DNA of 64,000 nucleotides from Oculina patagonica (Eukaryota): NCBI RefSeq assembly GCF_052425735.1, contig NC_135769.1, positions 1,984,001 to 2,048,000 of the forward strand, read 5' to 3'. Shown piece by piece: positions 63,932 to 64,000 of this stretch (position 1 is its first letter; each line of letters starts with the position of its first letter). The notes under the pieces were generated by a model. It saw only the letters and a program-made list of their open reading frames with translations, ran no database searches and was not told where the DNA came from. The position numbers and the translations under genes were made by a program.

Positions 63932-64000
63932 CTGAAAAGAAATTGAACGCAATTTAAAAGTTTTACAACTTGAGTACCGGTAATTCGTTATGATATAATA

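Overview
AT-rich eukaryotic genomic DNA with GT-AG introns. The repeat families, the 5S rRNA type and the gene content suggest a cnidarian, most likely a stony coral (inference). Genes were rebuilt by hand from splice sites and reading-frame phase. From left to right they are: the 5' exons of an unidentified low-complexity gene (-) head-to-head with the deubiquitinase YOD1/OTU1 (+); a secreted PLAT/LH2-only protein (-); an astacin metalloprotease with a C-terminal PLAT domain (-); a ~5 kb tandem duplication; two convergent two-exon prepropeptide genes; a solitary 5S rRNA gene; a class A GPCR (-) whose intron holds a Penelope fragment with a minimal hammerhead ribozyme; a 5'-truncated L2/CR1-group LINE inside the intron of a small putative mitochondrial protein gene (+); and the 3' part of choline dehydrogenase (-). 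SINEs and MITEs are scattered throughout. The most notable signal is the pair of prepropeptide genes, which the ORF track does not assemble. One encodes signal peptide + acidic propiece + a ~99-aa (Pro-Arg-Ile)n polymer ending in W-G-KKKR. The other ends in an amphipathic cationic helix, GMFKKLFQKFKNWIHKL-G-KRK. Both look like amidated antimicrobial or cytolytic peptide precursors, and they sit next to a secreted astacin-PLAT/PLAT-only gene pair as a possible host-defence cluster. No database searches were run, so novelty claims are unverified.
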